Below, piece after piece: positions 9,903-19,274 of a stretch of DNA of 64,000 bases; the first letter of the stretch is position 1; each line of letters begins with the position of its first letter. The stretch comes from an uncultured Clostridium sp. (GTDB lineage: Bacteria; Bacillota; Clostridia; TANB77; CAG-508): positions 185-64,184 of the forward strand of contig CAOKEO010000004.1 of the NCBI GenBank assembly GCA_948467495.1. Direction: 5' to 3'. The notes beneath the pieces are model-generated. The model was not told where the DNA came from. It saw only the letters and a program-made list of their open reading frames with translations, and did not search any database. Position numbers and translations under genes: made by a program.

Positions 9903-10021
9903 CTTTCAAGACCTTCTTTCTCAAATATTTTATTGATTATATAATATTATGTTTAATATGTAAAGAAGTTCCTGAATATAATTTTTCTATAAATTGGGGT
10001 TAACTATCTTATTTCTCATTC

Positions 10022-10056
10022 AAAAAAACACCCTAGATTTAATTCTAAAGTGTTTT
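10022..10056 (-). terminator. candidate terminator after the HEPN gene
   Basis: Short aaacac/gtgttt stem followed by a T-run on the minus strand. Confidence 0.35.
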
Positions 10057-10078
10057 GGATTTTTATTTATATTTATCA

Positions 10079-10498
10079 TTATAAAATTTTCTTATTAATA
10101 TATTCTTCTACAAGTTTTATAAGTTCTTTTGCTGTTTCAATTTGAAGTAATGTATTATCTGGGTTTACTATAAATTCATCATCATAATCACTATCTTCTC
10201 GAACTTGACTTGCTCTTGCAATTCTTCTTCCCATTTTTCTTGGAAATATTTCTGTATTAATATAATTTTTATTAAAATAAGCTATCACATCTTTATGTCT
10301 TTTAAAATCTATTGGTTCTAAAGCTAATACACTTCTAATTGAATGAAAAATTGCATAGTAAGCTCTATTATTAGCTGATTTATATAGTTTTTCATGATAT
10401 AATACTTCGCATGCTTTGATATCTTCTTTTGCTTGTTCTAATCTGTGCAAAACTAATTCTTTTGATACTTTACACTCCATATAATACAACTCCTTCAT
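10079..10498 (-). CDS. HEPN domain protein (toxin half of a HEPN/MNT pair)
   Basis: Helical about 140 aa protein with ...YYAIFHSIRSVLA...ASQVREDSDYDD. Overlaps the upstream MNT gene by 29 nt. Confidence 0.7.
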   Translation of the reverse strand: MKELYYMECKVSKELVLHRLEQAKEDIKACEVLYHEKLYKSANNRAYYAIFHSIRSVLALEPIDFKRHKDVIAYFNKNYINTEIFPRKMGRRIARASQVREDSDYDDEFIVNPDNTLLQIETAKELIKLVEEYINKKIL

Positions 10499-10829
10499 TT
10501 TGAACGTTCCTATAAAAAGGTAATGCTTCTAACCAATAATTAAATTTATCAATATTTTTTATTAATGGAGAAATCAATACATCATTTTCTAATTCAATAT
10601 CATAAGCAAAATCCCATATTTTTTCACTATATTCTACTATTTCTTCATCTGTTAAGTCTGTTAGTATCATAATATCAATATCAGAGCTTGTATTAAAATC
10701 TCCTCTTGCATAAGAACCATAAAGGATGATTTTTTTTGCTCTATCTCCAAACATCTTATTTGCTTCCTTTAAAAATTCTTCAATAGATTTCTTTATTTTA
10801 GGTGGAATTTTCTTCTTCATATCTTTCAC
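10470..10829 (-). CDS. minimal nucleotidyltransferase (MNT) domain protein, antitoxin-type partner of HEPN
   Basis: LYGSYARGDFNTSSDIDIMIL is the pol-beta-type GS...DxD motif. Confidence 0.8.
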   Translation of the reverse strand: MKDMKKKIPPKIKKSIEEFLKEANKMFGDRAKKIILYGSYARGDFNTSSDIDIMILTDLTDEEIVEYSEKIWDFAYDIELENDVLISPLIKNIDKFNYWLEALPFYRNVQNEGVVLYGV

Positions 10830-10959
10830 CTCATCTTTATTTCCTTCATTTTATACAATTAGTATATCACTTTTAATTCTATTTTTCTACTAATTTTTAA
10901 TATTTTATACAGGTGATTGCTAATTTTATTCTTTTGTTGGTAAAATCTGGTATGTTTCA

Positions 10960-11064
10960 TGAGAACTATTACTATCAACACTTAAACCTAAAAGTTCTGT
11001 ATTCATTTCTTTAAAATATGTATGTGCCCTTGTAAAAGCTATCATTTCTGTTGTACACACTGGG
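10960..11064 (-). pseudogene. peroxiredoxin, middle segment (peroxidatic Cys region)
   Basis: The minus strand reads ...[37 protein letters not shown] and then leaves the family and stops. It lies between elements A and B. Confidence 0.75.
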
Positions 11065-11091
11065 GTAAAGTACACTTCTTTGAATGTGTTT

Positions 11092-12394
11092 TTATATTAT
11101 ATTTTCAATATTTCCTATACTATATAAAGGTATATTAATAAGCCAATCTTCTTTTCTATAATCAGACATTGATGTTCTGACATTTACTTTTGTGTTATAT
11201 TTCTTTACAAATGATTTTAAGCTTTTAGCTTTTAAATTTTCTTCTGATTTAACTTCTATTGGAACTACATTTATTCCTAACTGTACTATAAAATGCAGTT
11301 CAGCTGTAGCTCTTTCTGCACTCCAATAAAATACTGGTATGTCTTTATTAGATTTTAATTCAGTTAATACAAATTGCTCTGTAAAAGAGCCTTTAAACTC
11401 TGTAAATATTTCATTTCCTTCCAATAAAATTTTGGCATCTATTCTGGTCATAGCACCTAAAAGTCCAACATCTAGAATATAAAGCTTAAAAGCACTTGTA
11501 TCTTGGTAGGCTATAAGTGGAATATTAGGTCTGTTTACTCTGTCAATTTTATATATTAATCCACAGTCAATTAGCCATGCTAAAGCTAATTCATATTCTT
11601 TTGCTCTTGCGCCTTCTTTAATTAAACCATATATAAACTTTTTATTTTCTTTTGCCAATTGTGCTGGAATACTATTCCATAACATTTTTAGTCTAGGAAC
11701 AATTTCAGTAGGTGCATGTTTAGAAAAATCCTCTTCATATGCTTGCAATAATTTTAGTTGAGTTTTTCTAACTTGTTTATAATCTTTTGTTTCTATATAC
11801 TTATTTACTGCTGAAGGCATGCCACCTATAAAATAATATTCTCTTAAATAGGAAATAAATTTGTCTTTAAAAACATTGATTAAATCCCAATCATTTGCAT
11901 TTAATATTTCTACTAATTTTTCTTCTCCGAATAGCAAGTAAAAATTCTTGAAAATTCAATGGATATAAATCCATAAAATCAACTTTTCCAACTGGGAATG
12001 AAGTACCTTCATGTAAAGCAACTCCTAAAAGTGAACCAGCTGCTATAATATGATATTGCCCTGCATTCTCACAGAAATATTTAAGGGAAGTTAATGCTTT
12101 TGGTACTTCTTGAACTTCATCAAAAATGATTAATGTGTTTTCTTGATCAATATCAATATCCGCTTCCAATTTTAACCCTTTTACAATTCTATTTATATCA
12201 TAATCTTTTTCAAATAACCTTTTCATTCTATCATTGCCATCAAAATTTATGTAAGCAACATTTTTATAGTTATTTTTCCCAAATTCTTTCATAATCCATG
12301 TTTTTCCTACTTGTCTAGCCCCTTTTATTATTAGAGGTTTTCTATTTGCTGATTCTTTCCATTCTTCTAATTCTTTGATTTTATCACGATACAT
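11092..12394 (-). CDS. AAA+ ATPase with C-terminal DUF4143 domain; frame changes +1 at in-frame CGG 11927..11929
   Basis: Walker A GARQVGKT and DEVQ. ORFs 11891..12394 and 11092..11937 join as ...[18 protein letters not shown] when the C is skipped. Confidence 0.75.
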
Positions 12395-12578
12395 ATTTTT
12401 TACCTCCTTATGCTATTATATGTATATTATAACACATTTATACAAAAATACAAAGGATAATTTTATTATTTTTACATTTATTCAAAGGATTTTATGATAA
12501 AATAATACACTTTTTCAAACGAATTTTTATATTATGCTACACATCTTAGAAGAACATCTTGAAAATGATTACATTTTT

Positions 12579-14160
12579 TCAAACGAGTTTTTCAATATCA
12601 GTTTTTAAATCAAATCTAATAATTTTATCTTTGTCTATAAAAATTTTATTGATAATCATTTGTAATATCATTCTGTTAGGCTTCCCGAGTTTCAATAATT
12701 TCGTCAAAATAATCTGTTGCATTTTTCAATTTCTGAACTTCATCTTTAGTATTTTTCCTTTTATCACTTTCCATTAAAGAAGTTAAATATGATATACTAT
12801 TCATTTTTTCCTTTTCCAATTCTTTGTATGTATTTTCAATTAATTCTCTTTGTATAGAATTTGTCGTACATGCCAACTCTTTTATTTTTTGACTAACTAA
12901 CATTTTATATTCTTCGTTTGCTATATTTAATTTGTTTTGGAGCTTATGTTTATTATCTTCTTTTTTATCTTGTTTTATTTCAATTTTAATATTTTGTATC
13001 TCTTTTAAATATTGCTTTTTGGTAAATTTCAGAAATTCTTTCAAATGTATTAGTATATCCTTTTCTTTTACCTCGTGGCAATGACAAGCTTTCGTACTAA
13101 ACTGTCTATATTGGGAACAATCATATCCTTTTTCTTTTACTTTTCTTTTAATCATTATACCAGACATTCCTGAACCACAATCTGAACACTGACACATTCC
13201 TGAAAAATAATAATCTCTTTTGGCATTTGTACCTGAAGTATTTTGTTCTTTCTTTTTCTTTCTTATTTCTTGTGCTAAATTGAATATTTCTTTTGAAATA
13301 ATTGGCTCATGATGATTTTCAAATATAAAATGTTCTTCTTTTGGTAATTTTACAGCTTTTCCTCTAATATTTATGGTTTGCTTTTTATGCGTAATTAAAG
13401 TACCTGTATAAATTTCGTTTTTTAAGATATTACTTACCATATCTTTTGTCCAAGATGCTTGTACTTTATGCTTATACACTCGTCCTCGTTCTAAATGTTT
13501 CATTCTGTAATATGCTGATGGCGTTGGATAATTATATTTTGCATTTAATATTTCACTGATTTTTTGAAATCCATATCCCTTTTCAACATATAATTTAAAT
13601 ATTGTTTCAATAGCTGGTTTTAGTTCTTCTATGATATACAACATAGGAATATCATCTTTAAAAACCTTTTCATAACCATAGTAATTTCCCATAATTAGTC
13701 TCGCTGTTTTTTGTTTGGAATACATATGATCTCTTGTTTTCCTAGAACAGTCTTTTACATATCTTTCATTAAACCAAGTAGTAATTCCAATGCAATCATC
13801 TCTATCATTTAGCACATCATAGCTCCCACCCATTTCAGAAACTAATATTAAGTTTTTTTGCATATTTTTGAATTCATCGATAAGAACCAAAACTTTCCCA
13901 TTATTTCTTCCTATTCTTGATAGGTCTTTTGCTATAACTACATCAATTTTTCCTCCTTTTACTTTTTCTATCATTTTTGAAAATCGAGGTCTATTTAAAG
14001 TATATCCCGAAACATTGTCATCTATGTAGAAGTCATTATCTGATATAATCCAGTTACGAGTGGTAGCATATTCTTTGATGATTCTTTTTTGTTCTTCTAT
14101 GCTTGCATAATTTTCTCTGTCCTCGTCTCTGGACAATCTACAATATCCTACAACTGTCAT
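12579..14160 (-). CDS. large serine recombinase; C-terminus continues in the +1 frame after in-frame CGG 12685..12687
   Basis: VVGYCRLSRDED...DDNVSGYTLNRPRF...DLSRIGRN, and CQCSDCG zinc ribbon. The +1 continuation GKPNRMILQMIINKIFIDKDKIIRFDLKTDIEKLV resembles the usual C-terminal tail (compare recombinase A, KKILYELIDRVELDEYKNIYIYFNF). Confidence 0.85.
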
Positions 14161-14239
14161 TTTAATCTCTTTCCTTTCTCAAAGCATAATTTTAGGTTAC
14201 TGCTTCTCACATGACCTGATATTGCCTATGCATTGTATG

Positions 14240-14479
14240 TTAGCATACATTGTCTGTTAATTCCACTTGTTTCATAACTATTTTTTTAAGAAGCTCGGGA
14301 TAATTCTCTTTTCCTGTTATGAAAATAGCTATATGATATTTTTCTTTTTTGTATTTTTCAATTATTTCTTTTGTCTCCTGTTTTTCTAGTTCTTCTTCTG
14401 TTAAATAAATTTGCCTATATTTTGTATTAGAAATTTCATTAGAAGTAATTTGCATTCTATTTAACTCCTTCGCAATCAT
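14240..14479 (-). CDS. hypothetical protein (79 aa)
   Basis: ORF only. Lies upstream of recombinase B on the same strand. Confidence 0.4.
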   Translation of the reverse strand: MIAKELNRMQITSNEISNTKYRQIYLTEEELEKQETKEIIEKYKKEKYHIAIFITGKENYPELLKKIVMKQVELTDNVC

Positions 14480-14672
14480 TCTCTCTAAATATTATGCAAA
14501 AAGTAATAGCATTTATTTCTTTTCGTCTAAAAATGGTACATTTTTATAAAATTTATATATCCTTCAATATATAAAAGTCCATTTTTCAATTAGATGTTGC
14601 ATTTTAGAAAATTTATCTTTTTTTATTTCTTATATGTGAATATTGTTACTATACTATTGATAAAATAATACA

Positions 14673-14722
14673 ACACGAAGTAGTTGAAATAAATGATATT
14701 TTCAACTACTTCGTGTTTTTTT
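14673..14722. terminator. strong hairpin (17-bp perfect stem) with flanking T/A runs, bidirectional terminator candidate
   Basis: acacgaagtagttgaaa ... tttcaactacttcgtgt followed by TTTTTT. Confidence 0.6.
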
Positions 14723-14739
14723 CTCGTTTTCTCTCTCCT

Positions 14740-14967
14740 TTAGATATCTTTATTGGCTAAAAAAGTAACAAATTCTATAAACCAATCATTTCTAAAAGTA
14801 GCAGAACCCGTATTGACTGGAACACCGGGAAAAGTTTTAGTATGCCATTCTTCATACAATTTTGTAAATGTTACAAAATCGCAATTTAATTCCCCGTAAT
14901 CTTGCAAACTTCTTAATAATTGCCGTAGATCAATTTCTCCTTTAGGATAAAGAGTAAATGCTTTCAT
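14740..14967 (-). CDS. hypothetical protein (75 aa); contains an in-frame CGG (14923..14925) that does not break the ORF
   Basis: AAGGAGG RBS 8 nt before the ATG. No recognisable family. Confidence 0.5.
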   Translation of the reverse strand: MKAFTLYPKGEIDLRQLLRSLQDYGELNCDFVTFTKLYEEWHTKTFPGVPVNTGSATFRNDWFIEFVTFLANKDI

Positions 14968-15197
14968 TGGAATACCTCCTTTATGAAATCTATGTTATCG
15001 AGTTTCTGTCTATATTATATTCTTGTATTTTGTATTTTATGTCTAATAAATTATTCATGGTTTAAAAAATTCATTACTAAATCTACTATTATCTTTTTTT
15101 CTTTTGGATTTGATTCCGCTATTAATAGAGTTAATGCCGTTAATATATTATTATCAGGCATTTCGTTTATTCATCCAAAGATGTAGACTTTACGGGA

Positions 15198-15343
15198 GTA
15201 AAATCACCTGGATGAGAAAACAAAACCAACCATTTTCCTCGATAATCCTCCAATCGAATTTCTCCAAAAGTAGTCTCAGCTTCAAAATCAGGTGCCTTTT
15301 GTCCTATTTTTACATTACCATTTGTTAATAATTCATAATCCAT
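15198..15343 (-). pseudogene. peroxiredoxin, 5' segment
   Basis: [60 protein letters not shown], then it diverges (KSTSLDE*) where CTTE is expected. Confidence 0.8.
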
Positions 15344-15399
15344 AAAAAAACTCCTCTCATTTTTCATTTTTATATTGTATGAGAGAAGTTAATGGAAAG

Positions 15400-16668
15400 T
15401 TACCTTGACTTTTTATGTTTTCGTTTCTTAAAAAAACCAATAATTGCAAAACCAGCTAAGATAAATAATCCCATCCAAGGGAGAAAATTTCCATACTTTT
15501 TAGTTTGTTCTGTTGTAGCTTGTTCCTGCACACCATCTAAATCACTACTTAATTCCTGTATTTGATAAGCTTCTTCTAATTTATCTTTATTTTCAGCCTG
15601 TTCCTCTTGATATATTTTTTCTTCTTGTAGATTTCTTCGATAAACATTCACTTGATATTTCTTCTTCGTAAAACCATTTGGAGCAGTTACCAATACAGTA
15701 ACTAAATTATTTCCTTCCTTCAGATTTTCTTTTCCTGTCACTTCTACACTTGCTCCTTCATTTTCTGGTACTGCTAAAAGATGAATACTTTCTATTTCTT
15801 GCGACACTTCAGCTTTATAATTGGTTTCAGAAATATCAAAAGGTGGCTCTAATAAAGCATTTTCAATTGCTAATATTTCTAAGTTCGTATTAGCTAGTTC
15901 TGGGTTAGCTGTCTTGGTCACATGAATTATATAATTATTATTTTGTACCTTATCTTCTGAAATAACATGAATCGTAATGTCATTTAATCCTTCTTTTAAA
16001 TCAGTATTTCCCTTTATTTCAACAGTAGCTTTCGGATTTTCAGTAATTGCCAATACTTCTACATCTTGGATATCATTTGACAAGGTCAAATAATACTCAT
16101 GAATATCTTTATCAAAATTAGGCGTTAATCCTTCTGTACCTAATCGTAAGGCTTGCAATGTCGCATTGCTACTTTGCAAATTGTTTCCCTGTTCTCCTTC
16201 TGCTTGTTTTTGCAAAACGCTTTCTTCTTTCCCAATTTGCACTTGTTTTTCTTTAAAATCGGTTTGTATCAATTGTGCCTTCTCATTATAAAATTCCCCT
16301 TGTATCGTAAAAGTAACGAATCCATCTTCCTTAGTCTTAAACTTAAATTTAGCCAATTCCCCCTCTTTTGCACTTTTTCCGCCTTGCCTGTCATACCAAA
16401 CAAAAATGATATGATTATCCCTTATATTGGTATTTTCTAGTTCAGACACATACTCTAGTTTTGAACTATCAAAATAAAGAGATAGATTGAAAGCTGCTGT
16501 TTTTCTACTTTCTATATTGACCGTTATTTCTATTTCCTCACCTTTTTCTACGATATCTTTACTGCTAGATAAATAGACTGTTGCTGTGTTAGAAGCATAG
16601 CTGTGGTTTAAGAACCAACAACAAGTCATAATAAAAATTAAGATAATTAAAATTCTTTTATTTTTCAT
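15400..16668 (-). CDS. membrane-anchored surface protein: cohesin-like domain, cadherin-like beta-sandwich repeats and a C-terminal TM anchor
   Basis: Signal peptide. VYLSSSKDIVEKGEEIEITVNIES...LSLYFDSSKLEYVS is cohesin-like. NATLQALRL...LTPNFDKDIHEYY and LEILAIENALLEPPFDISETNYK are cadherin-like. C-terminal hydrophobic helix plus KKRKHKK. Start at 16668. Confidence 0.65.
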   Translation of the reverse strand: MKNKRILIILIFIMTCCWFLNHSYASNTATVYLSSSKDIVEKGEEIEITVNIESRKTAAFNLSLYFDSSKLEYVSELENTNIRDNHIIFVWYDRQGGKSAKEGELAKFKFKTKEDGFVTFTIQGEFYNEKAQLIQTDFKEKQVQIGKEESVLQKQAEGEQGNNLQSSNATLQALRLGTEGLTPNFDKDIHEYYLTLSNDIQDVEVLAITENPKATVEIKGNTDLKEGLNDITIHVISEDKVQNNNYIIHVTKTANPELANTNLEILAIENALLEPPFDISETNYKAEVSQEIESIHLLAVPENEGASVEVTGKENLKEGNNLVTVLVTAPNGFTKKKYQVNVYRRNLQEEKIYQEEQAENKDKLEEAYQIQELSSDLDGVQEQATTEQTKKYGNFLPWMGLFILAGFAIIGFFKKRKHKKSR

Positions 16669-16685
16669 AAACATCTCTCCTTTTG

Positions 16686-16927
16686 AGATATGGGACATGG
16701 GACGTAGATAATGTCCCAATTATAAATAATATGAAAACTAATGTATCATCTATTATTTTTTTACACCTTGTGTGTCGCAACCTTCAGATTTTAATGTCAT
16801 GGGTTGCTCCAATCGCACTCGCTTTTGCTCGTTTGGTCGCTTACGCGGTGTTACAAAAATAATAGATGATACATTAAGTTAGCAATTTTAAGTGTTTAGG
16901 ACATTATCTACGTCCCCATGTCCCTAT
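16686..16927. repeat. family 1 MITE-like element, full-length copy (about 240 bp, long hairpin, TIR GGGACATTATCTACGTCCCCATGTCC)
   Basis: Near-identical copy at 50972..51230. Its right end overlaps the TAG stop of the upstream GH73 gene. Confidence 0.7.
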
Positions 16928-19179
16928 CCACCTTGTTGTATAATTTGCAATCCTAAAATATGTCTTTGAATTAATAGTAAATCCACAGAGGTTGGCTTTT
17001 TGCCACTTTTGTTAATATTACTAGCTTTTCTAAAAATAGCATCCATTGGTTCTATTTCTAAAATATGTCGTTGTAAAACTAATAAATCCACACTCGTAAT
17101 TTTTCCGTCGCCATTGGCATCTCCATACAAGATAACTTGATATTGTCTTAAAATCTTGCCATCCTCTTTTACACGTATTTTGCTACCTGTTCCCACAAAA
17201 TCGGTATCTTGTAAAATTTCATTTTTGTAATTCACTATTTCAATTTCTAAATCAGTTGTAATTTTTTGTTGGATATCTGCAACCGTATTGTTATTGACAT
17301 CTATCCCACTAATTTCTAAACTATTTACCGTTAAAGAACTATCAAAATGAATTTCGGAATCGTCCATAGTTCTTACAACAAATAGTTTACATTGTGCTTG
17401 AATGCTTGAATTTTCCTGAGAAATAGCTAATAAATTGGTTTCTCCTATTTGTTTGGCTGTGATAATTCCTTTTTCTTGTATGGTTGCTATTTGTGTATCA
17501 CTACTTTGATAGACAATGGTCTGATTATTGGCATCTTCTGGTTCAATCGTTCCATGGATTTGAAAAGTATCTCCCACTTGCATATAAATTTCACTTTGGT
17601 CTAATTTAATTCCTGTTACTTTACTATATACTGTTATCGTGATTTGATTTTGCACATTATTTTCTTCTGCTTTAACACAAATGGTTGCCGTTCCAGAACG
17701 AAGAGCCTGTATATTTCCTTTGTCATCAACAGTTGCAATAGTGGGTGCGCTAGAGGTATATCTTATCTTATGATGACTGGCTTCTGCTGGCGAAATTTTT
17801 ACTTGCAATTGTTTTTTCTCTCCTTTTTGTAAGGTGGTATTATCGAGACTAAGTTCAATCTTTTCTATCTGGACAGGGGGTATTTCTGTAACATAGGTCT
17901 GATAAATAAAACCAACCATTCCATTTTCGAGTATTACTTTATCCCATCTTTCCCCTGATTGCCTCCCTTTTGCAATTCTGGTCATTTTCTCCTGCTGATT
18001 GATAGTGGTAATAATTTCATAAGAAGTAGAAGGACCAGTTCTTACATTTACATTGTTTCCATTGCAATATACCTTGGTATTATCTTGATTAAAATCATTG
18101 GGATTGATATTAGGACTTTGTGTCGGAATCGTTGGCATATTATGATAAATGGGTATAATAAATGACATAGATGTTTCTAATAATCCACTTTTTTGATAGC
18201 CATTGTAAATAGACTTAGACTCACTATAAGGAGCTAATACATTGGTCATATATTGATGCCAAAACAAATCATTTCCTTTGTCATCATTGACATCAAACTT
18301 TTGCAAATAAATGGTATTTTGCCCTATATTAATATAACTAGAACCAATAAAAATCCCACCACCTGTAATGGCTCTTTCCTTGGTATTCCAAGGAATTAAG
18401 TATTTATCTTTAGTTGCTTGGCTTGCCCCTTTTCCATCTTTGGCATATTGTAAACCATTCTTAATTGCCCCCATCGGTTCTGCTGAACTGGTAGCCCCAA
18501 TGTTATAAAAATTGTACAAGCCCTTAAAACCTTCTACCCTTCCACTAATGGAACTATGTGATAAAAAAGGTCCTACCTCTTGTTTAATACGAGATGCTAA
18601 ATGATAGGGACTTACCTTTGATGTTTGTCCCCCTCGTAAAATCAAATCAGCATATTTTTCATTCATAGAAATCGTATTCCCATTACTGTCTAAATAGGAC
18701 ACTTTTGTTTGATAAAATTCAGTTCCATATAAGATTTTCTCAATTCCATCCAAATGGTTTGTATGTTCATCATAAGACAAGCCCTCAAATTGAAAAAGGC
18801 GAACTTCATTTAAAAAATTTCTAGGATCCATACAATATTCTACTGCTTGTCTGGAACTATCTACCCAACCGCTGTCTACCTCTACATTATATTGACCTGG
18901 TGTCGTATTTTTCCATCTGTCGGAATAATTTTTAGGAACTAAATTTTTGCCAAATACATTTTCCTGATTGATAACATGATTCCAATCTAAATTAGTATAT
19001 AAAGCTGTAAATTTCCAATTCGGATGTTTTTTGGCTAGTTCTCTCAAATACGGCTGATAACTACTAGGAAAACTATCAATTCCTTCTAATTTTGTAGATG
19101 CTATTACTTGAAAATAGAGAAATAAACTTACTAACATCAGCAAAAATGAAATACTAATACACAACATTTTCTTTTTCAT
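16924..19179 (-). CDS. secreted peptidoglycan hydrolase: GH73-like N-acetylglucosaminidase, SH3b, two Big_2 domains and a C-terminal dockerin
   Basis: Signal peptide. ...GQNTIYLQKFDVNDD...WHQYMTNVLAPYSE is GH73-like. VNVRTGPSTSYEII...GFIYQTYV is SH3b. LSLDNTTLQKGEKKQLQV is Big_2. YGDANGDGKITSVDLLVLQRHIL...KPTSVDLLLIQRHILG is the dockerin duplicated segment. Confidence 0.75.
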   Translation of the reverse strand: MKKKMLCISISFLLMLVSLFLYFQVIASTKLEGIDSFPSSYQPYLRELAKKHPNWKFTALYTNLDWNHVINQENVFGKNLVPKNYSDRWKNTTPGQYNVEVDSGWVDSSRQAVEYCMDPRNFLNEVRLFQFEGLSYDEHTNHLDGIEKILYGTEFYQTKVSYLDSNGNTISMNEKYADLILRGGQTSKVSPYHLASRIKQEVGPFLSHSSISGRVEGFKGLYNFYNIGATSSAEPMGAIKNGLQYAKDGKGASQATKDKYLIPWNTKERAITGGGIFIGSSYINIGQNTIYLQKFDVNDDKGNDLFWHQYMTNVLAPYSESKSIYNGYQKSGLLETSMSFIIPIYHNMPTIPTQSPNINPNDFNQDNTKVYCNGNNVNVRTGPSTSYEIITTINQQEKMTRIAKGRQSGERWDKVILENGMVGFIYQTYVTEIPPVQIEKIELSLDNTTLQKGEKKQLQVKISPAEASHHKIRYTSSAPTIATVDDKGNIQALRSGTATICVKAEENNVQNQITITVYSKVTGIKLDQSEIYMQVGDTFQIHGTIEPEDANNQTIVYQSSDTQIATIQEKGIITAKQIGETNLLAISQENSSIQAQCKLFVVRTMDDSEIHFDSSLTVNSLEISGIDVNNNTVADIQQKITTDLEIEIVNYKNEILQDTDFVGTGSKIRVKEDGKILRQYQVILYGDANGDGKITSVDLLVLQRHILEIEPMDAIFRKASNINKSGKKPTSVDLLLIQRHILGLQIIQQGG

Positions 19180-19274
19180 GTTTTTTCTCCTTTCATGAAT
19201 TTGGGGATGCCCTTAGCTGTGCGAGCATGAAGCGAATTTACAGATAGTAATACCTTTAGGTACAGAGGAAAAAA

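Larger units (their letters stand above)
3770..10959. mobile_element. integrated element A (about 7.2 kb) carrying a large serine recombinase, inserted in the peroxiredoxin gene
   Basis: Flanked by prx fragments that join as ...SVDSNSSH|LAWMYD.... Recombinase sits at the left end. Imperfect inverted repeats including GTTGGTAAAAT lie at 3780..3790 and 10936..10946. Confidence 0.7.
11065..15197. mobile_element. integrated element B (about 4.1 kb) carrying a second large serine recombinase, inserted in the same peroxiredoxin gene
   Basis: Flanked by duplicated TTTAC(T/C)CC(A/C)GT (FTPV) prx sequence. Inverted TCTTTG(A/G)ATG lies at 11077..11086 and 15172..15181. Confidence 0.65.

Noticed and set aside
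3770-15197. The two insertions as prophages
   Set aside because: I recognised no capsid, tail, portal, terminase or lysis genes. At 7.2 and 4.1 kb, with a single serine recombinase each, they fit small integrative or intervening elements better.
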